Shown piece after piece: positions 1 to 14,607 of a stretch of 64,000 nucleotides of DNA (its first letter is position 1; every line of letters starts with the position of its first letter). The notes beneath the pieces are model-generated. The model saw only the letters and a list, made by a program, of their open reading frames with translations. It was not told the origin of the DNA and did not search any database. The DNA is taken from assembly GCF_006345805.1 (NCBI RefSeq), contig NC_042998.1, positions 118,048,001-118,112,000 on the forward strand. Direction: 5' to 3'. The position numbers and the translations under genes were made by a program. The DNA comes from Octopus sinensis. Taxonomy: Eukaryota.

Positions 1-599
1 TGTGCCAAAATTTGAAACCAACTTAATTTTATTAATATCGTAGCGACGAATTACTTGAACAAGACATACAAATTACAAAAGATATTTTGTTATTATGGTT
101 GAAAAGATTGCGAGACAAAGTGACAGTTTATATGAGATATTGACGTCATAGATACAGTACTTGAAGGAAAAGTACACGCGATATAGGATGTCAAGTAAAA
201 GTAGTGATTTGTGTATAATGGTGTTTGATACCGCGGACGTTACAATAAGACACTCATAAAATCTAAATAAAATGGGAATGATATATAATAAATGTAATTA
301 TAAAAACGAAAATTAACACAACTATTGTATATCTTGTATAAAGACTTGGTGTAAGATTTATAATTATAAAGTGAACTAAGCGTCTGTTATGCACATCGAC
401 GAAGAAAATAGGAAAGAAGACGTGCACACACGCGCGCATAAAGGAATTCATAATACATGCATGCATACATACATGTATACATACATGCAAACACATACGC
501 GCGCACACATTCACACACATGCGCGCATGCGATATACATATATATTTTCTAATATATACACTGCGCAAACGTGGTCCAGGAAGAATATTGGGATGCGAA

Positions 600-805
600 T
601 TGTGTATTTCCCACACCACTTGACAATGTTTTTCAGGTTTTTTTTATGTATTATAAACCGCTGACGTCTTAGTTCGACCAAAGTGATTGAGAGTATATGC
701 ACGAAACTATTAAATGTAAATACTGATGCCGATTTGATCGATCAATCCATTTTAGCAGCTGCTCCATAGTGGACAAGGTTGAACATATTAAAATAAAAGA
801 ATAGA
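600..805 (+). mobile_element. Degenerate 3' half of a tRNA-derived SINE
   Basis: Decayed match to the SINE body/tail at 9921-10274 and 33851-34150 (ccacttgaca...tactgatgccgatttgatcgat...gctgctcca...aaaataaaaga). Confidence 0.45.
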
Positions 806-857
806 ATATAAAACACATTCACACACACAAACACGCACACACACATATACATACGTG

Positions 858-888
<31 letters not shown>

Positions 889-1425
889 TGTGTGAATGTG
901 TGTGTGTGTGTGTGTGAGAGCGTGTGTGTTTTCTGTATGGGAGTAGTATTCAAAGACACTACTTTATCAGTATATTACTCTCTTAGGGCCAATTAAAAGT
1001 TTGGGCTCTGTGTATGCTTTTTTCTTGTTTTTGAGATCACCGATGGCGGACAAATTCTTAACACAAAATAAAGACACATGCAATCATTGTTAGCATAAGT
1101 GTGGTACATATCGACTTATAAATTGACAACTTTTTAATTGTAAGACTCGGGTGCGAATGTTTCAACTGTGTTACAAAGAAATATTCGAAAATTATAACGA
1201 CACTGCAATTCACACAACGGGACCAAAATTTATCGTCGACTAACTTAAAAGCCGTAATCCATGCAGACATTTAAGCTAGCTCCAGCAGGGGGATAATTGG
1301 GCCTGATGCCCAAAATTAAAGAGGGAAATAGTGATAAAACATTGACTGGTATTCTACAATTTCAACTTTATAACACAGAGTATCACATTTGAAGAAATTT
1401 GAATCACTGTGACATTTAGAGACCA

Positions 1426-1545
1426 CTGTAAGGAAGCAGGATAAACAATATTTTTGGTTTTACCATTTGGTGTTAGAATGAGGAGATTTCCAAATCTAGA
1501 ACGACCAACATAGAGCTGACCATGAGAAAAGCACTGCTTATAGCA
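1426..1545 (-). mobile_element. Helitron Rep/Hel (PIF1-like helicase) C-terminal fragment
   Basis: Translation CFSHGQLYVGRSR...PNGKTKNIVYP matches the FSHGQLYVAxSR...TKNIVY C-terminus of Helitron helicases. Confidence 0.85.
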
Positions 1546-2244
1546 AAAATAATCGTATTTCAATAATTGGCATGCAAAACTTCAACATACCAAATATGAA
1601 ATCAATTGAACTTAAAAAAGTTTAAAAGTAAAAGCCACACAAAAAAACGTACTAATCGTGCATGTATTTTAAATTAAATAAGTTAATTTCCAATATTGTG
1701 TAACATAAATTACAGTAGATGTACGGACATCGTATTATTGCAATATCTCATTGGTTAATATTTGATTTTCCTTTAATTTCTTTCATAAATCTCAGACATA
1801 CGCAAATTAATATATTATTAACTCCATGCAGTTTGCTTTCCATATAATGGTCCAAGTGATTTTTGTACTAAATCGCTTTATTGGGAAACATCCACAGGAA
1901 ATTAGATTTATTTCTATGCATGAAGCTGCAAGTGTTTTTCATATTTACTACATTTAACATTATTTAAGGTTCACCGCTATATATACATAGGCATTACCAT
2001 AAGCACGTACAGAAAATCGTACAGAACATAGTGTGAAGACGTGTTTTTTTTTAAACCTGATTATTAGATGAATAAAACCTATAATTTAGATTAATTCTAG
2101 CAGTCACATGATTAGAACATAGTGTTTATCTCATTTATTGTTGACAATTGTTGTGTATATAATACACGTACCTATTATCCATAATCTTTCAAGCAAATAG
2201 TCATAATTAACTGAAATTAATTTTCCTATGACATCTTTTTATCT

Positions 2245-2375
2245 TTTTCTTTTTGATTCAGTCACTAGAATGTGGTAATCCTGGGGCACAACCTGAAGAA
2301 TTTTAGTCAAACGACCCAAGTACTTTTATTAGTTTCCGTCTGCCAAATACACTCACAAGGCTTAGGCAAAGTTCT
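2245..2375 (-). mobile_element. Degenerate internally deleted SINE
   Basis: Similar to 9921-10274 (ttcagtca...ggggcac...gaagaattttagtc...agtttccgtctgccaaatacactcacaaggc). Confidence 0.55.
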
Positions 2376-3452
2376 ATTGCTACCACACACTTACTATAAT
2401 AGAATAAAAACAAAAAAAATAAGGGTGTACCTCAGAAACTCTTTGTCTTGTAACACTAGTAGCAACGAAGAATTTAATTTTAAGATTGGAAGACGAAAAA
2501 GGAAAGAAAAAAAAGAACAAGCGACATTGCGGCTGGAAAAAGAAAAGGAAACGTTAAGTGAATGAGAGTCATGTACAAATATAAATATGCAATTCGGTAT
2601 GTTATTGCTTATGTTGTCAACGTAACAGAGGTATTAACAGTTTTATTAACAATCCTTGTATTTATTTCTATGTGGGATGTATGAGATACCAGTAAATTAA
2701 TAAGTCGTATAAGACATAAAGTGAACTTTCAATGGCTTATTGATGTAAATATGAATGCATGAGATTAAATACTTATCGAAAAATATAGATATTGTTCAAT
2801 AGATCGAAATGTAAATAATTCATTAGTGCATACTTTCATTAGAATATAGAACTATAAAGATTTTATTTTAATATTTTCATTAAAGATGTATTATAACAAA
2901 AAGAAAACGGAAGGAAATATCGCAATGATTTTGTATTATTTCCATACTATTGAAACTGACGTTAATGTCCCATTCTGATATTCATAATGAAAACCAAATA
3001 GCTCCTTTCGAAGCATGCATTTTGTAAACCTAAAACACCATGAAGAAAACATATATAGAGAGAGATTTCCTTAGATACCATATATTTAATTATAAATGGA
3101 TAATGGTAAACAGATTATTACAACTTTCTATTATGTTCATAATGCATATCGTACTTAGTTTTTAACATTCCAAAATATCATAATTGAAATTGGAAATATA
3201 TACATTAATGCTGTATAATGTATTTTTACGAAAAGGGTAGCATTCTATATCATTTTGAAGAATACGCACATAAGCCACAAAATTTCTTCACTGTGTATGC
3301 AATTCTGATTTCAAATCATATTCTGGTTGAGTTAGCTCATTTTCCAACCGAAATAGAGTCTGAAGCAGAGTAAAAATGTCTCACATATGAATTTATGATT
3401 ATATGATATATCTATCAATCTATCAGTATATACGCGCACGTACACACATAAC

Positions 3453-3517
<65 letters not shown>

Positions 3518-5169
3518 TGTATATATAAGTGTGTGTGTGTTCATTGTGTGTGTGTCCTTGAGTGTGTGTATGTATGCATGTATATGTATATATTGGTGTG
3601 TATATTGGTATATGAAATAAAATTACATGTGATATTTAGATACAGTAATGTTACTCATTTTTAACATAAGTTTTCTTTTTGACTTTCATGGCTTGCCATA
3701 TTTTATCGATATACTTATTTTACCGCAAGTTAATGGAGTAATTTGAAACCTTTCAAAGCAGTGTTCCAGCGTAAAGGTCGTCCATTTTCTATAAACCGGT
3801 AATTCATAGAATAATAATAATAATAGTAATAATAATAAATTGCTGTTTTTAATTTCTCGCATTTAGAAATAAATTAGCCTTTCCAAATGTTTTTCTGATG
3901 ATCTTTGTGAGCAATATTTTTTTCTTACGAAAACTATTTAGTTTATGGCGTCTTAGATTTCATTACATCAACCTCTGCAATATCTGTATTACGTGAATAG
4001 TGAGGCTATGAGACTATTAACGTATGAATGCAACAGAGTAAATATATTTCCGCTAATCGAAACTTTCGATAAAATACATATACGGAGTCCTTAAGAAGAG
4101 CAAGAACAACAAATAACTTCTTAGTTTACATCTTTACACACAAACAGATGCATACACACACACACACACACAGACACACACACACACACATACATATATA
4201 CATACGTGTGTGTGTGTTTATGTGTACCACAGATTTAAATTTTGAAAATAGAAAGAACTAGAATATAAGCAATTTGAATTTTTACACTAAAAATCTGAAG
4301 GAAACAGAAGTACCATTTTTGCAGATGTATCGATTCTAATAGAAAAATCGATGGCTATGTTTGTTACTTTTTTGTTTTATATCAAGGAATAAACCCCGAG
4401 GTTATATATTGTTTTCAATCGACGATGAAATAAATTACAAACATATTTAATGATTTATTAAACATATTTCATCACAGGTTCTCTAGAAAATCATGAAAGT
4501 TTTAATAAATTTCTGAACTTTAACACAAATCAGCGCACAGAAGGGAATATTTCTTGTTTTCAAAAGCTGTCAGCGTCTCAGCATTCATTTAACTACTTAA
4601 TCGAATGACTTGACTGAAGTCAGTTGAAAAAATACACTCAACAGAAGAGTAAAAAGTTTAATCAACTAATGGTTTAAGTTCGAAGAACAGCAGAATGGAT
4701 TAAATTTTCAATTCAGTAACAGTCCCAATGCATTGTGTATAATGGATTGAGATTAAAGACCGTATTTATAAATTTATAAATATGAGGCGACTAAATAAAA
4801 TACCAAAAATCCCTATAAAGTTATTTGAGTAATTTTTCTTTAAGGGATTAAACTTAAGTAATGAATATAATTGGAGACTTTTAAAACTCCTCTGAAGAAA
4901 AGCTTCAGCCATGACGTGAGGCGACCCAGCTGCATAGTTTTTCTATCTCTCAATGCTCATTCTCATGCTCACAGACATATATACCCAAACACATACACAA
5001 ATGTGATGTTTTCATCTACCATGAATCATTCTGAAGATTATTCAAGTATTAAACATTCTCAGCAAACTTGTATAGATGGCTGTGCATCGGAAAAAACACA
5101 CACACACATATATATATACGCGAAGATAAAATTAGTTAGAAAGCGTACGGAAGTGTGGTAACTACTGGT

Positions 5170-6810
5170 ATGGAAAGGAAGGTGCTAAAAGCAACTTCCT
5201 ACGCCTAAAACCTTGCAGAATCAGAACATAAGCAAAACTCTCCACCATCACCACCAAAGGGCCAAAAGCCAAAGGAAGACCCCAAAGGAGAACCAGTCGC
5301 ACATGACCTGCATCAAAACTAAAATATTTTGATGAATTGTGCACTACCTCTAAAAGCCACCCCTATCCGGAATCCGTCATAAGGCTGCAGCTGAACAATA
5401 ATACTTTTTTATGCATACAAAAGATTGTGCAACAACTAAGCCACCACAATCAGCATACAAGACTGCCATAGACAATGACTCCAAGACTGTGGTAACAAAT
5501 TTGGCAATTTTTGGCAAAATATGTACCCTTTTACCAAGTTATAACAAAAAGTTAGTGAAACATTTAAAATGTTTACAGTTGGATAGATAGACAAATATAA
5601 CAAAATAATTTGATAAAAAATGTGAATTTTTAATTATTATCTGAGATTTTACAAAAACAACAAAAATCTGGCATCAGCAGAGATATGGCACCAATATACT
5701 TCATAAAATATCAGAAGATTGTTACAGCTCAGTAACAGAACCAGAATTACCTTCCCGAAAGACTTTGTGGGGAAAGCAATCGAGCCCTATATATGGCAGT
5801 CACCGAAGCACACCTAAGACCCGACATCGCAGATGCAGTAATTCATATAGCAGAGCATGTTGTATTGCAAAGAGACATAAAAGACAGGCTGTTTTGTACA
5901 AGCAATATGGATCTCATACATAATAAGAACGTCCCACCAACACTAGTCTCGGACCATAGCATAATAGAGATGACCATATATGAACCAAAGGAATCTGCAG
6001 ACATGTAGCCTATGAGAAGCATCCAAAATGTATCCAATCTGAACTACCACAAAGTAGACTGGAAATCAATAGAGAAAGAGATCACCAAATAGTATTGGCC
6101 TCCAGTGTCACTCTACACCCAAGAATGACATGAAACTGAAAATATTCATGTCCGCTATACCTTTGTCACAGAGAGAATGGCCACTGCACATAAAACAAGA
6201 TTTCCAAGAAGAGAAAACTTCTTATTAGAGGATGTACAATGATTATAAACCTCTCCAATACAGAACTCAATAACAGTGAAAAATTAAGCCTGGAAACAGC
6301 ACTGCTGGAAATTGAGAAACATCTAAAAATGCCCCAAGGAAAAAGAAAGAGAAGTCGCCAAAGCCTGGTTTATAAAATAAATATAAATTCAAACCCTAAA
6401 GCCTTCTTTAAATATGTCAACCAGCTGCCTCCATGTGTTACAAAGTAGGGCCACGTCTCCAAAAAGATGGTTCCCTCACAGGAAATACAACAGAGTAAGT
6501 GAAACACTGAATGAACAATTAAAAATTGTCTTCACACCAGCTTTTGGCACATGCAAGTTGGCAGACCTGTAGAATTCTATACCACCACAAATGTAGACGG
6601 GGAGGCAGTAACTGTTGAGTACACCAACATAAAAGAAGATGATTAATACTGGCAATAGATGGCGCAGACCGAAACTCAGCTGCTGGCTCCGATGTAATTC
6701 ATAGCATTCTTTCTCAGACTATCAAAACAAGCACTTGCAAAACCGCTGCAGCTCGGTTTCAAAGCTTCCGAGCAAACTGAATGAGGCAATAATATGCCTT
6801 GTTCATAAAC
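5170..6810 (+). mobile_element. Decayed CR1-like LINE (APE endonuclease and linker fragments)
   Basis: Fragments AVTEAHLRPDIADAVIHI...RD, NMDLIH...PTLVSDHSIIE (APE SDH motif) and INSNPKAFFKYV; many stops and frameshifts. Confidence 0.75.
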
Positions 6811-7003
6811 GAATAGCCTACTCCAGCTGCTTATCAATGGAGTCTGCACTCGATATATATGGCAACAGGGAAGCGAACCCCTACCAGATTTTCTAGCAGG
6901 CGACGAGACCACCAGACCGTACGGTTTAGATGTATTTTTGCTCACTCTCAGAGGTGGACATCCGACCCTAGGAATCGGCTCCAGCTCGCAATATATAGAA
7001 AAA

Positions 7004-7570
7004 CTAGCATAAAGTGACCCGCTCTACGCGCGGGTAAGAGTGTGGTTGTTACTTTCTATTGCTTCCTTTCTGTTCTTTATCACCAAATTCTCCCTCTTTG
7101 TTTCTCTCTCCTTTCTCTCTGACTTTCCCACTCTCTAACTATTCCTTTCTCTCGGACTATCCCTCGCTTTCTTTTTCTATCTATATATCCCCCGTTTATA
7201 AACAACAAAAATCTTCAGTAAGTTGAAAAAGAAAATATTTTGAAAGATCAATCATAAATATCAGGCAGTAACAACGGAAATGTCTGCTTCAAGGCAGACA
7301 GCAAAACACTAACATTAAAAAAGGACAGACGAACTTGCGAGCTGAATAAAAATAAAAGAAAATATTGGAAACCAAACTTTGAAAGGATAGAATCTGAGAA
7401 TAGTAGAGTCACCACGGGTGGCATTTCTTAACGACGGACAGCAACGTAGTGGTAGATTAAAGGCTGGCGTAAAATTTGAGGTAATTTGCCATATTACTGC
7501 TCTCCGTGCAAAACTGCTATTTACTATTCAAGTAAATTCATTGGAATTTACTTGAATCTTAATTGCTTAT
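7004..7570 (-). mobile_element. Non-autonomous Helitron; 3' terminus at 7004, 5' limit approximate
   Basis: Minus strand reads ACCCGC-gcgtaga-GCGGGT hairpin, 9 nt, then CTAG followed by T: the canonical Helitron 3' end. Confidence 0.6.
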
Positions 7571-7589
7571 ATATATACATACATATATA

Positions 7590-7636
<47 letters not shown>

Positions 7637-7637
7637 A

Positions 7638-7714
<77 letters not shown>

Positions 7715-9920
7715 TATATACTCTTTGTATATATACATTATATGTACATATTTATATATAGAACACACACACAAACACATATAAATTAACCCAATAAATA
7801 TCTGATTCCTAATATTTGTTCTCATGATTGTTTGGTGGTTGTGGCGATAATAAAACTCTCTATGAATGCAGACAGACATACACTGAGAGAGGGGGAGGCG
7901 GTGGGGGAAAGAGGGACAGCGCTGGCGAAGGCAGCGGAGGGAAAGATATTAGTATCTGTCAAACGTCGTTATAGAGAGAAAGTGATGGGAAGGGAGGAAA
8001 CAGAGAGAGACGGAGGCAGACATGCAGATAAGAGAATGAGAGGAGACTTGACAAAGTGTAGGTTTTTTGCCCTAGTAACGACACTCTAATCTAGCCCACT
8101 CACATCCATAACTCATTTTACATGTCCCTCTAAATTTTGGAGTCAATCTGACGGGATCTAGTGCCCTTTAACCCGTTCCAATTCTAAAACCAGACAACCA
8201 ATCTTTTTGCATTTCAGATTTATAGATATTGATGAGTGACAACCGGTCACTGCATCTGTAACAAGCAAAGTAGTTACTTAGAAGATCGCTATAAGTGATG
8301 AAAGTAGTAACTATACTGAGAAGTAATGTTTATCACCAATTCAACATGGCTGTTTCGAAGAAACCGAAGTTAGTATCGTGTTTGTCGTTTGTTCTCCTGC
8401 TTACAATATATATCGGGTGCAGACACACGCACACACATAAACACACACATACACACACACGATCCCTCAATACACACACGCACAAGGTCACAACGGACTC
8501 CAGTTTACTAAATGTCAGGCAAGAGATAAGAAATTCTCAGTTCATCAATTTGTAACATTACGTATGTTTCTGAATGGAATAACACCAGACTACCATTAAG
8601 AATTCTAATAACAGTCTCTTGAAAAGGATGCCTTGCATGCTCACCAATTCGGGGTATTGGAATTTTCCCGATCAGGTTGGAAGTTCATTCTCATCCAGAT
8701 CAAACTCAATAAAATCTGTAGGTATTACAGACATGTTTGTCAACATTGTAATGCAGATTACTATATATACCACAATTATTACGAAGGTCACGAAATTGGC
8801 TTTGTTTCATAATCACTTCATTTTAGGATTGACATATGATACAGAAACGATTAACAATATTCCATGAACATGAATGACCATAGCATGAGGTGTTTCTAAG
8901 AAGCAAATTTAAGGAGTGTAATTTAAGAATATCCATCAACACAGGCATATCTTATTCATTATTACATTACACTTAATGCCTGGAAAACAAAAGAGTATAT
9001 AAAACTAATTAAAGATATATTACATATAAATTAAATATCTACTACCACAATCCCGCACGCCACAAAATATCAAACCCAGCAAGAATCTACTATAACCGAG
9101 CATTGATAGGAGGAGTGTATAAGGATAATTATTAGGAGCTGAAAATGCTCCATAACAAAATAAAGAAATGAAACACCACATGGTTGCGTATCTCCTAAAT
9201 CTTAACTGTAAAATCTAATATAGCCTGTAATTTCCTGTTGTTGATAGTATAGCGTCTGTTTAAGCAAGATGATAAGTTTAGCTACCACTCCTTAATGAAT
9301 ATCCTACGTGAATTATCCAACCACAAACTCGATCATAAAAGTTGAAATACCTAGACCAAATGTATGAAATCATTTGCAACAACTAAGTCCTGTTCGCTTT
9401 AAGATAAATGATTTTGTATACAGATAACATATAACAACCCCATTATGTTATGAAGAATATGTATATAAAAGAAACAAATATTTAAATCCAGATGCGCACA
9501 GTATACTCAGACCATTATACATGTCAATCCACAGAAATTTGTATCTCTCTATTTATACGTCTGGATAAAGAAAACGATTAGAAAAAATTAACATCCATAC
9601 AGAATCTAGCAGCTCTGAAAACCCGGAATTTCAATGGTTCATACATATATAGCCAATAATTGATAGAGAAATGGAGCATCTATTCAAACCGTCAATGTAA
9701 TGAAGTGATTATACTTGTATTCATTTTATTTACATTTCCCTACCAGGCATTCCGGAATACTTAAACTCCATACCATTAAATGCGGGACATGTAATTTCTC
9801 TTACGTATTTAATGAAGGGAAAAACCAGTCACTTTCGTCTTTTTCGTACGTTCAAATACATCTAAGTAACATTATCAGCTGCTTTATATGACAGCTTTTA
9901 ACCAATATATTCTTTTATAC

Positions 9921-10274
9921 ATTTACTCTTTTACTTGTTTCAGTCATTTGACTGCGAACATGCTGGAGCACCAGCTTGAAGGGTTTTAGTCGTACAAATC
10001 GACTCCAGTACTTATTTTGTTAAATATTAGTACTTATTTTATTGTCAAGCGATGGTGGAGGGGCAAACGCAGCTACAAAGACATGCACACAGATACAGAA
10101 ACACATAAATTTATATACGACGGGCTACTTTCAGTTTCCATCTACTAAATCCACTCACAAGGTTTTGGTCGACCCGAGGCTATAGTAAAAGACACTTGCC
10201 TAAGGTGTCAAACAATGGGACTGAATCCGGAAACATGTGGTTGAGAAACAACCTTCGTACTCCACAGCCACGAC
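9921..10274 (-). mobile_element. tRNA-derived CORE-type SINE (Octopus OR/OK-like)
   Basis: Minus-strand head with A/B-box-like gtggctgtgg...ggattcagtccc, CORE-like ccttaggcaagtgtc, tail actgaaacaagtaaaagag; related copies elsewhere in the window. Confidence 0.8.
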
Positions 10275-10376
10275 ACGTGTTGACTGAAATTTGACAGGCG
10301 GAAAGTGAGGAACCTCCTTTTAGCAAGACATCACGGTTGAACGTGAATATATCATATGTTATATGATATAAAAGAA

Positions 10377-10425
<49 letters not shown>

Positions 10426-10441
10426 ATTATATATATATATA

Positions 10442-10474
<33 letters not shown>

Positions 10475-10671
10475 TATGTTCAATCTGCGTTCAGCTCCAT
10501 TCTTCAATTCACCAATAATGTTTTAATTTCAATTATCCGCACCAACGCACGGTTGCAACGCCAGATGGTTGTACCTCCAACCGTGCTGTTTACTGCTGTG
10601 ATTTTTGCTACTAAGGTATCGGTTAAACTGTTGATTAATCTACTACAAGATTATTCATCTGTCTATTTCAC

Positions 10672-10728
<57 letters not shown>

Positions 10729-10834
10729 TATATATATATGTAACGTTGCTTACCTTATACTTGTGATTTCGTTTCTGTTACTCATCTCCAGAACAGACTT
10801 ACTTTGGAAAAAATTCTAGCATATCATTTTGCAT

Positions 10835-10868
10835 TTTCCTGATATGTAGTTTCTACGAAATTATATAA
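10835..10868 (+). ncRNA. Degenerate hammerhead ribozyme relic
   Basis: CTGAT-A (G lost), stem II GTAG/CTAC, GAAA; followed ~60 nt later by GCTGCTATTTCTAG as in other hammerhead elements here. Confidence 0.35.
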
Positions 10869-11518
10869 CCCAGTATATTTCCTATAATCGCGTTAGTAAT
10901 TTATATCCAGAAGGGTATTTGCTGCTATTTCTAGCGTGGAACTGAAGATGTTGTCCCTCCCTGAAATGCTTATAGTCTTCGTTATTAACACATGTTTTAG
11001 AAAAGAAGATTGACTTACAAATAATAACTTGAGAAAAAATATATATCTTTTCTTAGGTATTAAATTACATAATTGTTAAACATACTGCAAAGAGCAAACA
11101 TTAGTTTGTATAAATTATTTCGTAAGATACCGAGAGTTTGATGCCAGGTTTATTTAAATTATCATCTGAAGTGTAGCAGGATGCAATTAATATTAACTCT
11201 AGTACGAAAACAGCAAATGTTAAGGAGGTATGTTATATTAGTAGTCGTATACGTATATGTTGTACAATCGATATTCTGTCTTATTCATATATCGAATAAA
11301 TCGATATTATCAATGAAATTCCGAGTATCAATGCACCGAGAGATATTCCCAGACACAGATATACTCTGACAAGTTTGTATTGACTGTCGCTGTTACAAAT
11401 CTCACCAAGCATAGCTCAGTATATCGTTGATCGCAGCGACGACATTTTTATGCAGGTCAAATTCACGAATGAGACATATTGTTTCTCTTTGGATGCTCTC
11501 GGTGGAATCAGTTCAGGG

Positions 11519-11689
11519 AATAATTCCGTTCTGGAATCTCCTTTCCAGTTAGGCAATGTCTCCATATTTATATGTGATACCGAACCCACGCGCTGACGCC
11601 CAATAATTTCAGTTCTGGAATTTCCTTTCCAGTTAGGCAATGTCTCCATATTTATAGGTGATACCGAGCCCACGCGCTGACGCCCAATA
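11519..11689. repeat. Tandem duplication, 2 x ~84 bp
   Basis: gttctggaat(c/t)tcctttccagttaggcaatgtctccatatttata(t/g)gtgataccga(a/g)cccacgcgctgacgcccaata occurs twice. Confidence 0.95.
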
Positions 11690-11759
11690 CTTTATATATG
11701 TACACATGCAGACGAATAAATGTGTTTACATACACATACATACTCTTAAGCAAGTATAT

Positions 11760-12430
11760 TATTGATAGTGACCACCATGTTCCGGCCAGTTAAACCACCG
11801 TCGTACTGCGATGCATTGAAGTCAATTCTGGTTTTATATAGTCTTTATTGAGTTACAATCTTCCTGAGGCTCTTGGATTTGCAGTGATCATTAAGTTTTG
11901 GGACAGGTTGTTATGGAAATGTGTTTTGGAAAAAAATTATTATTTATTAAACTTCGGGTTGTGTCATTGTTTAGAATCCATGCATAAATTTGGAAGCAGA
12001 TATGCATATTTATGTGACTCACCTTTATTATGGTAAGTATAGTATATCTCAGTAATTTTAAACACTTTAGTCTTTATTGGATTGAATCCGTTACTTTGTT
12101 AAGATCAAAGATACAAAGTCCAGCATTTAAAAACTTAGTAACTGTATCTGTCAAGTTTCTTATAGAAGGAACTTTTAAAAGTTTCCCAAATGACTGTAAG
12201 CAGGTGGTATGTTTTAACTGCTTAGTTTCTTTACTTGTCATTCTTATTTAGTTTATTTACTGGTGTTTTTATGCTTTGGAAGATGGAGTTATCCGTTGGA
12301 AAGCGTGTCACGATGTTGTTGCTACAGAGTCTTTTTTATTTGTGCTTTGATATCCATAAAAGGATATGGGTAGATGCAAAGTTCGTTGGTCTGTATGTTT
12401 CCCTCTTACTGTTCATTATTCTATAAGCAA
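11760..12430 (-). mobile_element. Highly decayed Penelope-like element 3' region with relic hammerhead
   Basis: Scattered PLE-like peptide remnants (DNSIFQSIKTPVNKL; terminal PKLN) followed by a mutated hammerhead-like layout at 11767-11807. Confidence 0.3.
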
Positions 12431-13360
12431 TTTGATTAGTACGTAGAAAGCTTTCCCGTTATATTTTATGAGAGTAGACATTTTGAGCTATATATATGTA
12501 TGCGTGTGTGTTCGTGTATGTAGATTTGTGTAGGTATATTTGAAAATCTTTTATGGGGATTTGGTTGGAGATAAGTAATTTCTACAGCAATTGTTTAATG
12601 GAAGTCTCTATTTTAATGTACTTATATATGTTTGAATATTGACGTATCATTTCCCCTATTTAAATTGCGAAACGTATGCCTGTGTTGGCTTTATCCTATT
12701 TTCAACCGGTTTGCTATAAATCATATATATGTAGATATAGTAAATAGGGTCGTACTCGTAGTTACCCTATATACAATGTTTATTGAGAGAGGGTTTCTTT
12801 GTATATGACAGGATAATGTTGTTCTACATTTGATATTGTTATGTGTGTGGTTTAGGTTTTCAAGTTGAGAAAATATTTCGTAGTTGTAATTATCACTAAA
12901 CTCATATCCATACAACGGAGACTATATAAATCTATGATTAACTTTAATGAATCGCAGTCTGCAGATGTTTTAACTGGCCGAAAAGTATTGTCCTCATCAC
13001 AATGATATACTTTATGAGGATAAGAAATTCGCACTCTACAAATGTATGGAATGTTTTTTTATTATAACTGAAAAAAAAATAACAAACATTAACATGCATG
13101 TGTGTGAGGGGTTGTATGTACGAGGTTGTATTTAAGTATATATATGTTATGTTTGAGTGAATGTGTATGTGTGTTTATGTATATATGTATGTATGTGTGT
13201 ATGTATGTATGCATACAGCCATATATATACAGCTTTACAACCATTACTCAAAATCGGAGGTAAGTGATATTGCATCTAGTATACAACCATTATATCGTTT
13301 ACTAACGAAAATAGTTTTGAGTTTTGTATATATATATATATATATATGTGTGTGTATGCG

Positions 13361-13417
<57 letters not shown>

Positions 13418-14551
13418 TGAAATATTCAGAGTTTTCTGTTAGGATTGCTCAAATACAGCACTACCTAGTTTCTAAATTCGGAACCAGGCCATTAGAATAT
13501 TGTGTATTATGCTAATAGCGATGAGAATCGATCCCAGCTCGACATAGCATAGTCGAATAACTTTCATCAGCATAAACACCACAAAAATTGTACTTTACTC
13601 TAAAATAGAAAACTCACGAACCCTTCAATTAGTTTTTTTTAAAGCATTTTTTAATTGTTACTGCGTCAAAAATATTTTCATGTATTATAACATAGGAAAG
13701 CGATGACCTCTACAGTTCACTCACTACAACCATGCAAAATCCTTGAATGCAATTTGCTTAAGCTACATCAGTTACATTTCGCACATTTTTTTGGAATAAG
13801 TCTGCATACAACTTATTTTCCATCGCACTGATAATGATTCATTGCTATCTAGATATTGCATAAAACTTGTTTAAGCCAGAGGAAATATATTGCAATCGAT
13901 GACATGCATGCTGGTATATATGTCTTATAACAGAACGTAACCTATCTACCAATGACATTAAAAAAAAACTCACTTGAATCATAGTGTTTGAAATTAGTCA
14001 TTGAGAGATGCAAATTTGCCATCGGTCCATAAAAATGTAGATACTATATTTTGTTTCTATTAGACCAGAGGTTTAAACTTCATAAAGCACTTCTTTTGCT
14101 TTTCTTTTTGTTTTGTTATATTTTTCAAAATCCCGGTTCTCGATATTGCTTTCCATACCGAGACATGTTGACGACAATCTACTTATAAATATATGATCAA
14201 TGTTCTTCAGTTGCTGTAATGAATCATTTCATCTTTTTTGAGCATTAGAAAATATCCCAAGATCTCTCAATATGAATGATATGATATAGATATGGACACA
14301 CGCACACATATACACACATGCAAACACACACACACGTGAGTGCGTGTATGTGTATATATATTTATTTTTTATCTCCTACTTGTTATAATCATTAGACTGC
14401 AGCCATGTGAAATACATGTTAGATGGCGGTTATTTTGATCTTTAGTCCCTCCATCCTACTATTATAATATAAGACTCACCATTCTTTATCTTTATTCTCG
14501 TTACCAATATATCCCTATGTCTCTCACTCGTCTTATCTCTACATATGACTC

Positions 14552-14607
14552 TGCATTCTGATGATTTCTTCCACTATAACTGGAAAACAGAAACTATCGT
14601 AAATGTA
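14552..14607 (+). ncRNA. Type I hammerhead ribozyme motif
   Basis: Stem I UGCAUU/AAUGUA; core CUGAUGA (14558-64); imperfect stem II UUUCUUCCA/UGGAAAACA; GAAA (14590-93); short stem III AC-uauc-GU; GUA cleavage triplet. Confidence 0.75.

Noticed and set aside
3895-3948. CTGATGA...GAAA with possible stems
   Set aside because: Five unpaired extra bases before stem II and no stem I; may be chance or a very old relic.
8670-8716. Minus-strand terminal-exon-like DFIEFDLDENELPT-stop
   Set aside because: Weak acceptor, very short, no recognisable homology.
13505-13577. Minus-strand CTGATGA with nearby hairpin
   Set aside because: No GAAA core.
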